64,000 bases of DNA. Source: Bacteroidales bacterium (GTDB taxonomy: Bacteria; Bacteroidota; Bacteroidia; Bacteroidales; CAIWKO01). Location: positions 19,218-83,217 of the forward strand of contig JALOBU010000002.1 in NCBI GenBank assembly GCA_023228145.1, in the 5' to 3' direction. Below the pieces are notes generated by a model. That model was not told the DNA's origin, searched no databases, and saw only the letters and a program-made list of their open reading frames with translations. Shown piece by piece: positions 42,501-52,089 of this stretch (the stretch's first letter is position 1; every line of letters starts with the position of its first letter). The position numbers and the translations under genes were made by a program.

Positions 42501-43501
42501 AAACAAAAAAATTATCAATTATCACTGCATTAGTAATTATAATGTTATTATTGATGCCCCCTGTAGCTAAAACTCAGACAATTTCTGATTTTGAAACCCC
42601 CGTTCTGCCTGCCGATACTTTCTGGAACGGAAGTGACGGCTCTGGTGGATTTGCAAATGGCAACGCCTGGTTCAATAACAAATTTACGGACTGGGGTGGT
42701 GGATTTACTTCATGGGGCGGTTTTAGTTACTCAAGTATGCGTGACACCCTGACACAGAGTTTTACTAATGACCTTAGCGCAATAAGCTGTTTTGGATTTA
42801 ATAATTCGCAACAATATGCCGTCTGTTATGTGAGTGTTTTCGACCCTTTGCCGGTTATCAGGCTCACAGGAATAGCACAGAACGACAGTGTCAGCGGCCT
42901 TTATATTACAAATTCCACTTATGGATATCTTACCATGAAAAACGGGGATTTTGCCACAAAAAAATTCGGCGGGGCAGACGGCACTGACCCGGATTGGTTC
43001 ACAGTTGCAATTTACGGGTATAAAGACGGCATGAAAAAAGCCGACAGTGTCTTGTTTTACCTTGCAGATTTCAGGTCAGCCGATTCTACTGAAGATTACA
43101 TTGTAAAAACCTGGGAATGGGTAGATTTAAAAATTCTGGGAAAAGTTGACAGCCTGGAATTCAATATGTTCTCAACCGACACTGTTGGCGGGTTTGGTAT
43201 TAACAACCCCACCTATTTCTGCATAGACAACCTTATCACAAATCATAATAGTTTTGCATCGGTAAAGGAAAATATTTCAGAACAAATTCTGATATACCCA
43301 AACCCCGCTAATGATTTCATTTATGTTAAAAATATTCCTGTAGATAAACAAGCAACAATATTTGTAAATGATATTTACGGAAAAATTGTTTTTATTATCC
43401 CAGTTAATGAATCGTTCGCATATCTTGATATCAGGCATCTCTCGCCAGGTATTTATACAATTATATGTAATGGATTGTGTGCAAAGTTTTTAAAAAAATA
43501 A
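42497..43501 (+). CDS. DUF4465 (BtuJ-like) putative cobalamin-binding protein with T9SS type-A C-terminal domain
   Basis: WGGFSYS, ITNSTY, FYLADFR, WEWVDL..LG, PTYFCIDN; IYPNPA...KFLKK. Confidence 0.8.
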   Translation: MKTKKLSIITALVIIMLLLMPPVAKTQTISDFETPVLPADTFWNGSDGSGGFANGNAWFNNKFTDWGGGFTSWGGFSYSSMRDTLTQSFTNDLSAISCFGFNNSQQYAVCYVSVFDPLPVIRLTGIAQNDSVSGLYITNSTYGYLTMKNGDFATKKFGGADGTDPDWFTVAIYGYKDGMKKADSVLFYLADFRSADSTEDYIVKTWEWVDLKILGKVDSLEFNMFSTDTVGGFGINNPTYFCIDNLITNHNSFASVKENISEQILIYPNPANDFIYVKNIPVDKQATIFVNDIYGKIVFIIPVNESFAYLDIRHLSPGIYTIICNGLCAKFLKK

Positions 43502-43508
43502 AAAAACT

Positions 43509-44480
43509 ATGAAATATTTTCTCATACTGATTCTTATATTACCTTATGCTGGGTTAGCTCAATTTCCGCCACCTGCTGGACAAACAGGAACTACAGCCAT
43601 TTATAAGGATAGTACTATTATTGTTTCATGGGCAAGCAGTTGTTCTGTGGCTCGAGGCTGGCAAAATATAGCCGACACCACACTTGGCAGAGCTGATGTG
43701 GGAGATAGTTCCATGGCCACAGGACAGGCAGGAACCAACGGTGTGGTTAGCCTTGGAGACGGTGGATATGCCACACTCACATTTCCCAATCCCATTACTA
43801 ACGGCTCATCATGGGACTTTGCCGTTTTTGAAAATGGGTTTACGGACACTTTCCTTGAGCTTGCATTTGTTGAAGTTAGTTCTGATGGTATTTTATTCTA
43901 TCGCTTTCCTTCAACATCCCTTACTGATACTTTAGTTCAGGTTGAAGCCTATGGCGGGCTTGATGCAGCAAAACTTAACAACCTTGCCGGGAAATACCGT
44001 ATGTTTTACGGCACTCCTTTCGACCTTGAAGAACTAAAAGACTCAGTGGAACTGGACATAAATCACATTACACATGTCAGAATCAGAGATGTAGTTGGTT
44101 CTCTGGATAATAATTATGCGACCTACGATTCTCATGTTAAAAAAATCAATGACCCCTGGCCCACCCCTTTCAACTCCTCCGGCTTTGACCTTGACGCAGT
44201 TGGTGTTATAAATCAAATTGCCTCTGTCAAAGAAAATGATAATAATACAAATTTATCCTTTTACCCGAATCCCTGCAGAAATACAATAACAATTAATTAC
44301 AACGATATAAGCAGCGGGGCAATATTATCAATACTGAATTTATCAGGAATGTGTATTAAGCAACAAAAAATCGTGGAGCAAACCATCCTAATAAACATCT
44401 CTGATATCACTCCGGGAATTTATTTATTGAGGCTTGCCAGCGAAAAACAAACCATTTACAAAAAACTAATCAAGCTATGA
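43509..44480 (+). CDS. BtuH-like cell-surface protein with T9SS type-A C-terminal domain
   Basis: VSLGDGG..TLTF, DFAVFEN, FVEVSSDG, PFDL, GFDLDAV; FYPNP...KKLIKL. Confidence 0.7.
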   Translation: MKYFLILILILPYAGLAQFPPPAGQTGTTAIYKDSTIIVSWASSCSVARGWQNIADTTLGRADVGDSSMATGQAGTNGVVSLGDGGYATLTFPNPITNGSSWDFAVFENGFTDTFLELAFVEVSSDGILFYRFPSTSLTDTLVQVEAYGGLDAAKLNNLAGKYRMFYGTPFDLEELKDSVELDINHITHVRIRDVVGSLDNNYATYDSHVKKINDPWPTPFNSSGFDLDAVGVINQIASVKENDNNTNLSFYPNPCRNTITINYNDISSGAILSILNLSGMCIKQQKIVEQTILINISDITPGIYLLRLASEKQTIYKKLIKL

Positions 44481-45517
44481 AAAAGCGAATCAAAGCCTGT
44501 ATTTTTTATACTTTAGCATGCGCCCTGCTTATATCTTCATGCAAAAAAAATACTCCTCCGGATGATATTCCAGATATCAGTGCCGGGAAAGGCGTTTTCA
44601 TTGTCAATGAAGGTAATTTTCAATGGAGCAATGCCTCAGTGAGCTACTATAACTTTGATGATGGTTCATTTTCAGAGGACATTTTTAAACAAGCTAATAA
44701 CAGGCCATTGGGAGATGTTGCGCAATCCATGTATGTGTTTAATGGGAAAGGCTATATTGTCGTAAACAATTCTAATAAAATAGAAATAGTTAATATCGTT
44801 GATTTTACTTCTGCTGGTGTCATAACAGGATTGAATTCTCCGAGGTATTTTTTGCCTATCAACACCTCAAAAGCCTATGTTTCAGAGCTCTACAGTAAGT
44901 GTATTCATATCATAGATTTAAACTCAAATACCAAAACAGCTAGTATTCCGTGTACAGGCAGCAGCGAAGAGATGATATTTGCCGATGAGCAAGTTGTTGT
45001 TACCAACACGAGGACAAATTATATATACCTCATCAATTCAAATAATGATATTATTACCGACAGTATAATGGTAGGGTTTGCGTCAAATTCTCTGGCGAAA
45101 GATAAAAATGGGAAATTATGGGTAATGTGCGCAGGAGATGAAATTAACAGTATCAAGGCTTCGTTACATTGCGTAAATCTTCAAACCAAAGAAGTGGAAA
45201 AAAATTTCGACCTGAATGTATCTTTGAATATCTGGGACAAAATGAGAATGAACAACACTAAAGACACTATTTATTATATGTGTAACGGAGTTTATAAAAT
45301 GTCCATTGATGCATCAACCCTGCCGGCATCACCGTTTATATCACAGGGCAATTGCCTTTTTCTTGGAATTGCTGTTAATCCCAATAACAATAATATTGCT
45401 GTGGCTGATGCTGTGGACTATATACAAAAAGGGAAAGTGTACTATTATTCTTCAAACGGCAGCCTGTTAACAACCATCAACTCCGGAGTTATTCCTGTTG
45501 ATTTTTATTTCAACTAA
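44477..45517 (+). CDS. YncE/BtuG-like beta-propeller lipoprotein
   Basis: Lipobox SSC; NEGNF, LGDVAQSM, YIVVNNSNKI, SPRY. Confidence 0.85.
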   Translation: MKKRIKACIFYTLACALLISSCKKNTPPDDIPDISAGKGVFIVNEGNFQWSNASVSYYNFDDGSFSEDIFKQANNRPLGDVAQSMYVFNGKGYIVVNNSNKIEIVNIVDFTSAGVITGLNSPRYFLPINTSKAYVSELYSKCIHIIDLNSNTKTASIPCTGSSEEMIFADEQVVVTNTRTNYIYLINSNNDIITDSIMVGFASNSLAKDKNGKLWVMCAGDEINSIKASLHCVNLQTKEVEKNFDLNVSLNIWDKMRMNNTKDTIYYMCNGVYKMSIDASTLPASPFISQGNCLFLGIAVNPNNNNIAVADAVDYIQKGKVYYYSSNGSLLTTINSGVIPVDFYFN

Positions 45518-46152
45518 ATCCTGTCTAAAAATACGATGCCATTCAGGTGATCAATCTCATGCTGAAATATATGTGCTGTGTATTTTTGAGTTATCCTTTC
45601 GGCTTTGTGTGTGCCATCCGGCAGGTCGTATTCTACATCCACCCAAATAGCACGCAGAGAATTCTGCTGAATTCCGGGTATTGACAAACAGCCGTCAGAA
45701 CGCCATTCAGTTGTGTCGGAATATTTTGTAATTACAGGATTTAAAAATACTTCCCATGGACGGTTATACATAGTTCCCTTATCATGGCGCTGCACCCAGA
45801 TTATATTTCTGTTAATGCCAACCTGCGGGGCAGCTATACCGACTCCACCTTCATCAAGAACAGTTACTTTCATCCTGTCAATAAGAAAAAACAAGGTTGT
45901 TGTGTCATTAAGATTAACATCAATGGATTGGGCACGTAATATTAAAGAATCTTCATAAATAAAATAATTCATAACCCTCATGATGGAATCCATGGCCCCA
46001 TTGAATATTACAGCTTTCTCGGCATCAGTGAATGCAAGCTCATCAATGGGTGGAACATCAGGGTCGTCAAAAGTTTCTTTTTTGCATTGCGCAAACAAGG
46101 TAGCTGCAAAAAGAAGTAATAAAAGAAATGAGAATTTATTTTTAATTTTCAT
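45514..46152 (-). CDS. Peptide deformylase family protein with lipoprotein signal
   Basis: MKIKNKFSFLLLLLFAATLFAQC; GVGIAAPQ, DGCLS, QHEIDH. Confidence 0.85.
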   Translation of the reverse strand: MKIKNKFSFLLLLLFAATLFAQCKKETFDDPDVPPIDELAFTDAEKAVIFNGAMDSIMRVMNYFIYEDSLILRAQSIDVNLNDTTTLFFLIDRMKVTVLDEGGVGIAAPQVGINRNIIWVQRHDKGTMYNRPWEVFLNPVITKYSDTTEWRSDGCLSIPGIQQNSLRAIWVDVEYDLPDGTHKAERITQKYTAHIFQHEIDHLNGIVFLDRI

Positions 46153-46207
46153 GCTTATATGATTACATTTGTGTTTGAAATGCAAATATATTAAAAACTT
46201 CATATAA

Positions 46208-46624
46208 ATGAAAGCAAAAATTGAATGTCGTTGGATTAATAATATGGCATTTGAAGCAGAAGTTGATAATCACTCAATAAAAATGGATGCCGATGAACTT
46301 TCGGGAGGTGAAAATCTGGGACCAAAGCCAAAAGCATTATTATTGGTGTCCCTGGCAGGCTGTACCGGTATGGATGTTGTTTCCATTTTAAAAAAAATGA
46401 GGGTTGATATTGAAGATTTTTATATTACTGTGGAAGGAGATTTGGCAAATGAACACCCCAAATTTTTTGAAAAAATAAAAATTTTTTACCACTTCAAGGG
46501 AAAAAACCTTCCCATGGATAAAATCCAGAAAGCTGTAGAATTATCTCATGGAAATTATTGCGGTGTGGCTGAAACCCTGCGAAAAGGTACAGAACTGGAG
46601 CATGAAATAATAATTGAAGAATAA
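46208..46624 (+). CDS. OsmC/Ohr family protein
   Basis: GPKPKALLL..LAGCTGMDV, YCGV. Confidence 0.92.
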   Translation: MKAKIECRWINNMAFEAEVDNHSIKMDADELSGGENLGPKPKALLLVSLAGCTGMDVVSILKKMRVDIEDFYITVEGDLANEHPKFFEKIKIFYHFKGKNLPMDKIQKAVELSHGNYCGVAETLRKGTELEHEIIIEE

Positions 46625-46638
46625 AACTCAAATACGTT

Positions 46639-47583
46639 ATGCCTTTAATTTCTATAGTGATACCGTGTTTTAATGAGGGTGAAAATGTAGAACTGGTTTG
46701 TGCAAAACTTCTCGAATATTCTTTCCCTGATGCTCATACAGAAATTCTCTTTGTTGATGATGGTAGTGCAGACAACACCCTGCAAAGGATAAAGTCCCTT
46801 GCGGATAAGCACAAGGGAATAGTTAAATACATTTCCTTATCGCGAAATTTCGGCCATCAAAATGCTTTATTTGCCGGAATTTCAACGGCAAAAGGCGACT
46901 GTATTATCATGATGGATGGGGATATGCAACACCCGCCGGAAATAGTTCCGCAGATGGTTGAAAAATGGAAAGAAGGTTTTGATATTGTTTATACCATAAG
47001 AGAGCAGGATAAATCCCTCTCTTTGTTTAAAAGGTTTACTTCAAAATTATATTATAGGTTGTTGAATGCATTTTCAGACATTAAAGTTGACATGGGAGCA
47101 GCCGATTTCAGGTTAATAGACAGAAAAGTTGCCGATGTGATAAAAAACGACATCAATGAAAGTTTTTTGTTTCTGCGTGGTATATTCAACTGGGTAGGTT
47201 TCAATAAATTCGCTATTAGTTATATGCCCCATAAACGCCATGCAGGAAAATCAAAATATACTTTTCGTAAAATGTTCGCTTTGGCAACGAGCGGAATATT
47301 TTCATTTTCTATAAAACCCCTGAGGCTTGCAACTTATCTTGGGTTGTTTATGTCGCTAGTGTCTTTCGCTTATGGGTTTTACGCCTTATTCATGAACATT
47401 TTTACGGAAAAAACAGTGAGTGGATGGACTTCCGTCATATTCAGCATTCTTTTTGTCGGAGGGATAATCATGATTTTATTAGGTATCATTGGCGAATATA
47501 TCGGAAGAATTTATGTTGAAGTTAAAAAACGACCCAGATTCCTGATTAAAGACTCAAATTATAACAAAACCACTATGGATTAA
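46639..47583 (+). CDS. GT2 polyprenol-phosphate glycosyltransferase (GtrB/ArnC-like)
   Basis: IPCFNE, VDDGS, RNFGHQ, DGDMQHPP; two C-terminal TMs; GEYIGRIY. Confidence 0.92.
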   Translation: MPLISIVIPCFNEGENVELVCAKLLEYSFPDAHTEILFVDDGSADNTLQRIKSLADKHKGIVKYISLSRNFGHQNALFAGISTAKGDCIIMMDGDMQHPPEIVPQMVEKWKEGFDIVYTIREQDKSLSLFKRFTSKLYYRLLNAFSDIKVDMGAADFRLIDRKVADVIKNDINESFLFLRGIFNWVGFNKFAISYMPHKRHAGKSKYTFRKMFALATSGIFSFSIKPLRLATYLGLFMSLVSFAYGFYALFMNIFTEKTVSGWTSVIFSILFVGGIIMILLGIIGEYIGRIYVEVKKRPRFLIKDSNYNKTTMD

Positions 47584-47827
47584 AAATCTATAGTAGTTTA
47601 GTTTTTAAAATTTATTAAACTCAAATTCGTCATTTGAACATTTATTTCTATCAGAGAACAAATATTAAGAATTGATATGAATTTTTAAATAAAATTTAGA
47701 ATTCTTCAATTAAGTTCCTATCAGAAGTTCAAACTCAATGACTTTTGATCTTTATCTTACTCTAAGGTCTGCATTTCAGATACATTGAAAAATTTTTGTT
47801 TTACCTTTGCTCATTAAATTATAACTC

Positions 47828-49768
47828 ATGTGCGGTATCTGCGGCATCATTGAAAAAAACAAAGACAATTCATCTTTGATGGTGGATATGCTCAAAATTA
47901 TTGAGCACCGCGGACCTGATGATTACTCTGTTTACAATCATAAAGATTTTTGCCTTGGCCATCGCCGCCTCGCCATCATTGACCTTAACACCGGCAACCA
48001 ACCCATTTTTAATGAAGACAAAAGTATTTGCATCATTTTTAATGGTGAAATCTATAATTACAAAGAGCTAAAAACCGAACTGTTGCAAAAAGGGCACTCT
48101 TTCAGCACTGCTACTGATACGGAAGTAATCGTTCATTTATATGAAGAAGAAGGTACAGATTTCATTCAAAAACTTAATGGAATTTTTGCTTTTGCACTGC
48201 TTGATAAAAATAACGACAGACTGCTCCTGGTCCGTGACCATTTCGGTGTCAAGCCTTTACATTATTATTTTAATAACGGATTGTTTATTTTCGGTTCAGA
48301 ACAAAAAAGTATTTTACTTCATCCACTTGTCAGCCGTAATATCAATTACAACTCTCTCCACTCCCACCTAAACCTGCGATATACCCAAAGGAATGAAACA
48401 CTTTTCGAAGGAATAAAACGCTTGCCACCGGCTCATTTTTTAATTTTTGAAAATCAAAGCATCCACATTAAGAAATACTGGAAATTGAAACCACAACCTG
48501 ATGCGAGTATGAATGAAAAGGAAGCCATTGAAAAAATGCATTTTTTTATGAAACAGGCGGTGGAAAGGCAGCTGATGAGTGATGTGCCGCTGGGAGTCTA
48601 TTTATCTGGCGGCATGGACAGTTCAACCATAGTACAAAAAATGCACGAGCTGGGAGTTGAGAAAATCAACACATTTACTATGGGATTCAATGAGCCCACC
48701 GACGAATTTCCCGATGCCGAACAAATCGCAAAGCATTTCAATACGAATCATCATACTTTATCCCTTTCTCTGAATCCGATGCAGCAATTCCCGCAGGTAA
48801 TCTGGCATGCTGAAGAACCAAAAATCAATCTTCTGCAGGGTTTTAATATGTCGAAATTTGTCAGGCAAAATATAACGGTTGTACTTGGCGGTTTAGGCGG
48901 TGATGAGCTTTTTGCAGGATATGACATCCATAAATTTATTTTCCCATTCAATAAATTTCACAGATTAACGCCCTTATGGTTGCAAAAGATATTTCGTTGG
49001 AAATCGGAATTGCTTTTTAAGATGCAAAACCCCACCCATACCCTTACTCTTGATGAATACAGACGTGGATTACAAATGCTGCTTGCCTTAGGAAATATTG
49101 AACGTTTTTATCTTATCCTTAGAAATGTCTGGGATTTTGACAATGGGTTTTATAAAGAAATTTATCATCAGGATTTTTACCGGCAAATGCTCGCAGAAAG
49201 CCAGAAAGTTCACACAGAATTTGATGCATTTTTTAAAGATTCAAGACATTTAAACGCACTGGACCAAGTGCTTTTCACAGAGTTTCAGAGCAAAATGACA
49301 AATGATTACCTGCTCACTGAAGACAGGATGTCAATGGCTAATTCTATAGAAGAACGGGTACCTTTTCTTGATTTGGATTTGGTGAATTTTGGTTTTTCAA
49401 TCCCCATACATTTAAAAATAAAAAACAATCAGACGAAATATCTGTTCCGTAAAGCCATGGCACAAAAGCTGCCGCAAAAAATTATCACGAAGAAAAAATG
49501 GGGGTTCACGGTGAATGCGTACCTGCAGTTTCAGAAAGACCTGAAGGCAACAGCAGAGAAAATACTCACACCGGAGTTTATTGAAAAACAAGGTATTTTT
49601 AATTATAGCTACATCAGGCGGATTATTGAGCACTCTCCTCACCCGAAAATGCGCTGGCATTATAATTATATATGGATTGTTATGGGGCTTGCTATTTGGC
49701 AGAAGATGTATATTGACGGAGATAATTTTAAAAAGAAAGAAATAGATTTGAAGCAGTATTTTAGCTAA
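47828..49768 (+). CDS. asnB: Asparagine synthase (glutamine-hydrolysing) family amidotransferase
   Basis: MCGI, HRGPD, RLAIID, NGEIYN, LSGGMDSS, GGDELFAGY, RVPFLD. TACCTTTG -7 element at 47802-47809. Confidence 0.92.
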   Translation: MCGICGIIEKNKDNSSLMVDMLKIIEHRGPDDYSVYNHKDFCLGHRRLAIIDLNTGNQPIFNEDKSICIIFNGEIYNYKELKTELLQKGHSFSTATDTEVIVHLYEEEGTDFIQKLNGIFAFALLDKNNDRLLLVRDHFGVKPLHYYFNNGLFIFGSEQKSILLHPLVSRNINYNSLHSHLNLRYTQRNETLFEGIKRLPPAHFLIFENQSIHIKKYWKLKPQPDASMNEKEAIEKMHFFMKQAVERQLMSDVPLGVYLSGGMDSSTIVQKMHELGVEKINTFTMGFNEPTDEFPDAEQIAKHFNTNHHTLSLSLNPMQQFPQVIWHAEEPKINLLQGFNMSKFVRQNITVVLGGLGGDELFAGYDIHKFIFPFNKFHRLTPLWLQKIFRWKSELLFKMQNPTHTLTLDEYRRGLQMLLALGNIERFYLILRNVWDFDNGFYKEIYHQDFYRQMLAESQKVHTEFDAFFKDSRHLNALDQVLFTEFQSKMTNDYLLTEDRMSMANSIEERVPFLDLDLVNFGFSIPIHLKIKNNQTKYLFRKAMAQKLPQKIITKKKWGFTVNAYLQFQKDLKATAEKILTPEFIEKQGIFNYSYIRRIIEHSPHPKMRWHYNYIWIVMGLAIWQKMYIDGDNFKKKEIDLKQYFS

Positions 49769-49832
49769 TCTTTGAGATTATCAGAGTGTTATATTATTAG
49801 TAAGTTGACAGTAAAATATGAATTACATGAGT

Positions 49833-49931
49833 ACCACAATGACACTCAGGACACTAAGAGACACTAAGAAAAATTCTCTATTTTTTATCTAAAACTTAGT
49901 GAAATTAATTGCTCTAAGTGCCTAAGTGTTT
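49833..49931. repeat. Inverted array of degenerate 9-10-nt repeats (ACACTAAG / CTTAGTG)
   Basis: Left arm accacaatg acactcagg acactaagag acactaag; right arm cttagtg...ctaagtgc ctaagtgt. Confidence 0.7.
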
Positions 49932-49950
49932 ATTTTTAAAATATAAAAAA

Positions 49951-50973
49951 ATGAAATACTCTATAATCATCGCCACATACAATCGTCTGGAAGAAGTTAA
50001 AGAATTGCTGGCTTCGGCAGAAAATCTGGACTTTAGCCGTGATACTTTTGAATTAATATTTTCTGATGACGGCTCAACAGATGATACTGAAATTTTTTTA
50101 AAAAATTACAAATCGTCCAGCGGGTTAAATATCCGGTACCTTTATCAGCAGAATAAAGGCCCCGGGGAAGCACGCAACCATGGCATGAGAAAATCGCAGG
50201 GAGAATATTTTATATTTGTGGACTCCGATTGTATGTTTCCACCGGAATGGTTACAAAAAATCGATGAATACCTAAATAAAGAGCATCTGGATGCCTGGGG
50301 CGGTCCGGATACTTGCCACGAAAGTTTTTCGCCTCTGCTCAAAGCAATTAATTACTCCATGACTTCATTTATCGGCACAGGCGGCACCCGGGGCGGTAAA
50401 AAATCTGTTCAAAAAAAATTCTATCCGCGTAGCTTCAATATGGGGATTTCACGGAAAGTTTTTGAAACCATAGGTGGGATGGGCGGTTTGCGACACGGCC
50501 AGGATATGGAATTTTCAGGGAGAATTTATAATAGTGGTTTTAAAGTCGGATTAATTGCGGATGCATTTGTTTATCACAAAAGAAGAACATCTTTAAAACG
50601 ATTTTATAAACAGGTGTTTAATTGGGGTGTTGCACGTGTGAACCTTGGTAAAATGGATAAACAAATGTTTAAACCGATACATTTTATCCCGGCATTATTA
50701 ATCGCATTTTTTTTGTTGTTTGTCATTATCACTCCTTTTCCGTTTTTCCCGAAATGGCTTTGGTTTATTGCTGCTGCAGGTATTACATTTCTTGTAACCA
50801 TTGCTTTTTTTCAATCGCTTGCAAAATATAAGAGCCTCAAAACATCACTGCTTTCAATCATCACGCTATATATTCAGATTATTGCATACGGCCTTGGCAT
50901 GTGGAAAGGGTTGTTTCAGGTTTGGACAGGCAAAGGGACAGCCGAAGGATATTCCAAAAATTATTACAAATGA
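49951..50973 (+). CDS. Glycosyltransferase family 2 with C-terminal TM helices
   Basis: YSIIIATYNR, DDGSTD, GPGEARN, FVDSD, PRSFNMG. Confidence 0.9.
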   Translation: MKYSIIIATYNRLEEVKELLASAENLDFSRDTFELIFSDDGSTDDTEIFLKNYKSSSGLNIRYLYQQNKGPGEARNHGMRKSQGEYFIFVDSDCMFPPEWLQKIDEYLNKEHLDAWGGPDTCHESFSPLLKAINYSMTSFIGTGGTRGGKKSVQKKFYPRSFNMGISRKVFETIGGMGGLRHGQDMEFSGRIYNSGFKVGLIADAFVYHKRRTSLKRFYKQVFNWGVARVNLGKMDKQMFKPIHFIPALLIAFFLLFVIITPFPFFPKWLWFIAAAGITFLVTIAFFQSLAKYKSLKTSLLSIITLYIQIIAYGLGMWKGLFQVWTGKGTAEGYSKNYYK

Positions 50974-50974
50974 T

Positions 50975-52084
50975 TCAATAATTTTCTATTTCTGATAAAT
51001 AATAAATTAGATTCAACCAGTCCACTTTTCTATCTGTGTTTCCTATCCTTACAATAATCGTGTTTGTATTTGGGTTTATAAATACGTATTGACCCAGGAA
51101 GCCGTTGGCATAAAAAGTATTATTGTTAAACAACCAGAAATGATATGAATATTCATTCTGCTCTTCAATTGCGGGAGTTGTACATTTTTTTATCCACTCT
51201 TCAGGAACAATCTGTCTGCCCTCCCATTTTCCATCATTCAATATCAGCCTGCCAAACCTGGCAAAGTCTCGTACAACAGCATTGATACAACAGAAAGGCT
51301 TTTCAAATCCACTTTTATAACTATCAAGGCTCCAATATGCCGGGCTTTCCATTCCAAGAGGCTGCCAAATTTTTTCCTGAAGATATTCAGATAAAGACTT
51401 CCCTGTTGTACTTATAAGTATATTTCCCAGTAAAGTTGTATTTATACTTGCATACTCAAACATGGTTTGAGGATTTTTTTGTTTGTATATAAAACGTAAG
51501 TTCTTCAATAGGTTTTTGCTTACGAAATAAGTCGCTTCATTATTAACAGGAATAAGAAAACCTCTGTTAAATATAATCCCTGAACGCATATTCAACAAGT
51601 CTGCAATGGAAATGTTATCCATTCCTTTTCCCTTTAACTCCGGAATATAATCAGTAATAACATCATTGACATTATGAATAAACCCTTCTTCAATGGCAAT
51701 TCCAATAAGAACAGAAACAATTGATTTTGTAACTGAAAATGAGTTTACAACAGAATTCTTATCATGTCCTTCAAAATATTTTTCGTACATGATAGTATCG
51801 TCGCGGATTATTATAAAAGCAACTGTTTTATCTGATACAAGAATCTCTTCAACAGAATTTAACTTCTCAGGGTTTAAATTATCAGGAATCAGGCATTGTA
51901 ATTTATCGTTATTTGGTTTTTCATAGAAATAGGAATTTTTATTGCCTGTATCAATTTTTCTGTTTTCAAATATTTTATAGTCATCAACAGTTATTTTGCC
52001 ATTCAGAAGAACTCTTCCTGTTGTGCCACATGAAACAAATGATAATAATATTAGTAAACTCCAAAATAATTTTATCAGCTTCAT
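50975..52084 (-). CDS. Serine hydrolase, beta-lactamase class C / 6-aminohexanoate-dimer hydrolase-like lipoprotein
   Basis: Lipobox FVSC; SFSVTKS (SxxK), YAS, LLNMRSG, ANGFLGQ. Confidence 0.88.
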   Translation of the reverse strand: MKLIKLFWSLLILLSFVSCGTTGRVLLNGKITVDDYKIFENRKIDTGNKNSYFYEKPNNDKLQCLIPDNLNPEKLNSVEEILVSDKTVAFIIIRDDTIMYEKYFEGHDKNSVVNSFSVTKSIVSVLIGIAIEEGFIHNVNDVITDYIPELKGKGMDNISIADLLNMRSGIIFNRGFLIPVNNEATYFVSKNLLKNLRFIYKQKNPQTMFEYASINTTLLGNILISTTGKSLSEYLQEKIWQPLGMESPAYWSLDSYKSGFEKPFCCINAVVRDFARFGRLILNDGKWEGRQIVPEEWIKKCTTPAIEEQNEYSYHFWLFNNNTFYANGFLGQYVFINPNTNTIIVRIGNTDRKVDWLNLIYYLSEIENY

Positions 52085-52089
52085 AAACT

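Noticed and set aside
49918-49950. N-terminal extension of the GT2 from GTG 49918
   Set aside because: It lies within the repeat arm; family homology begins at ATG 49951.
50975-52084. Antibiotic-resistance beta-lactamase
   Set aside because: The motifs fit the broad esterase/amidase serine-hydrolase branch; resistance cannot be inferred from sequence.
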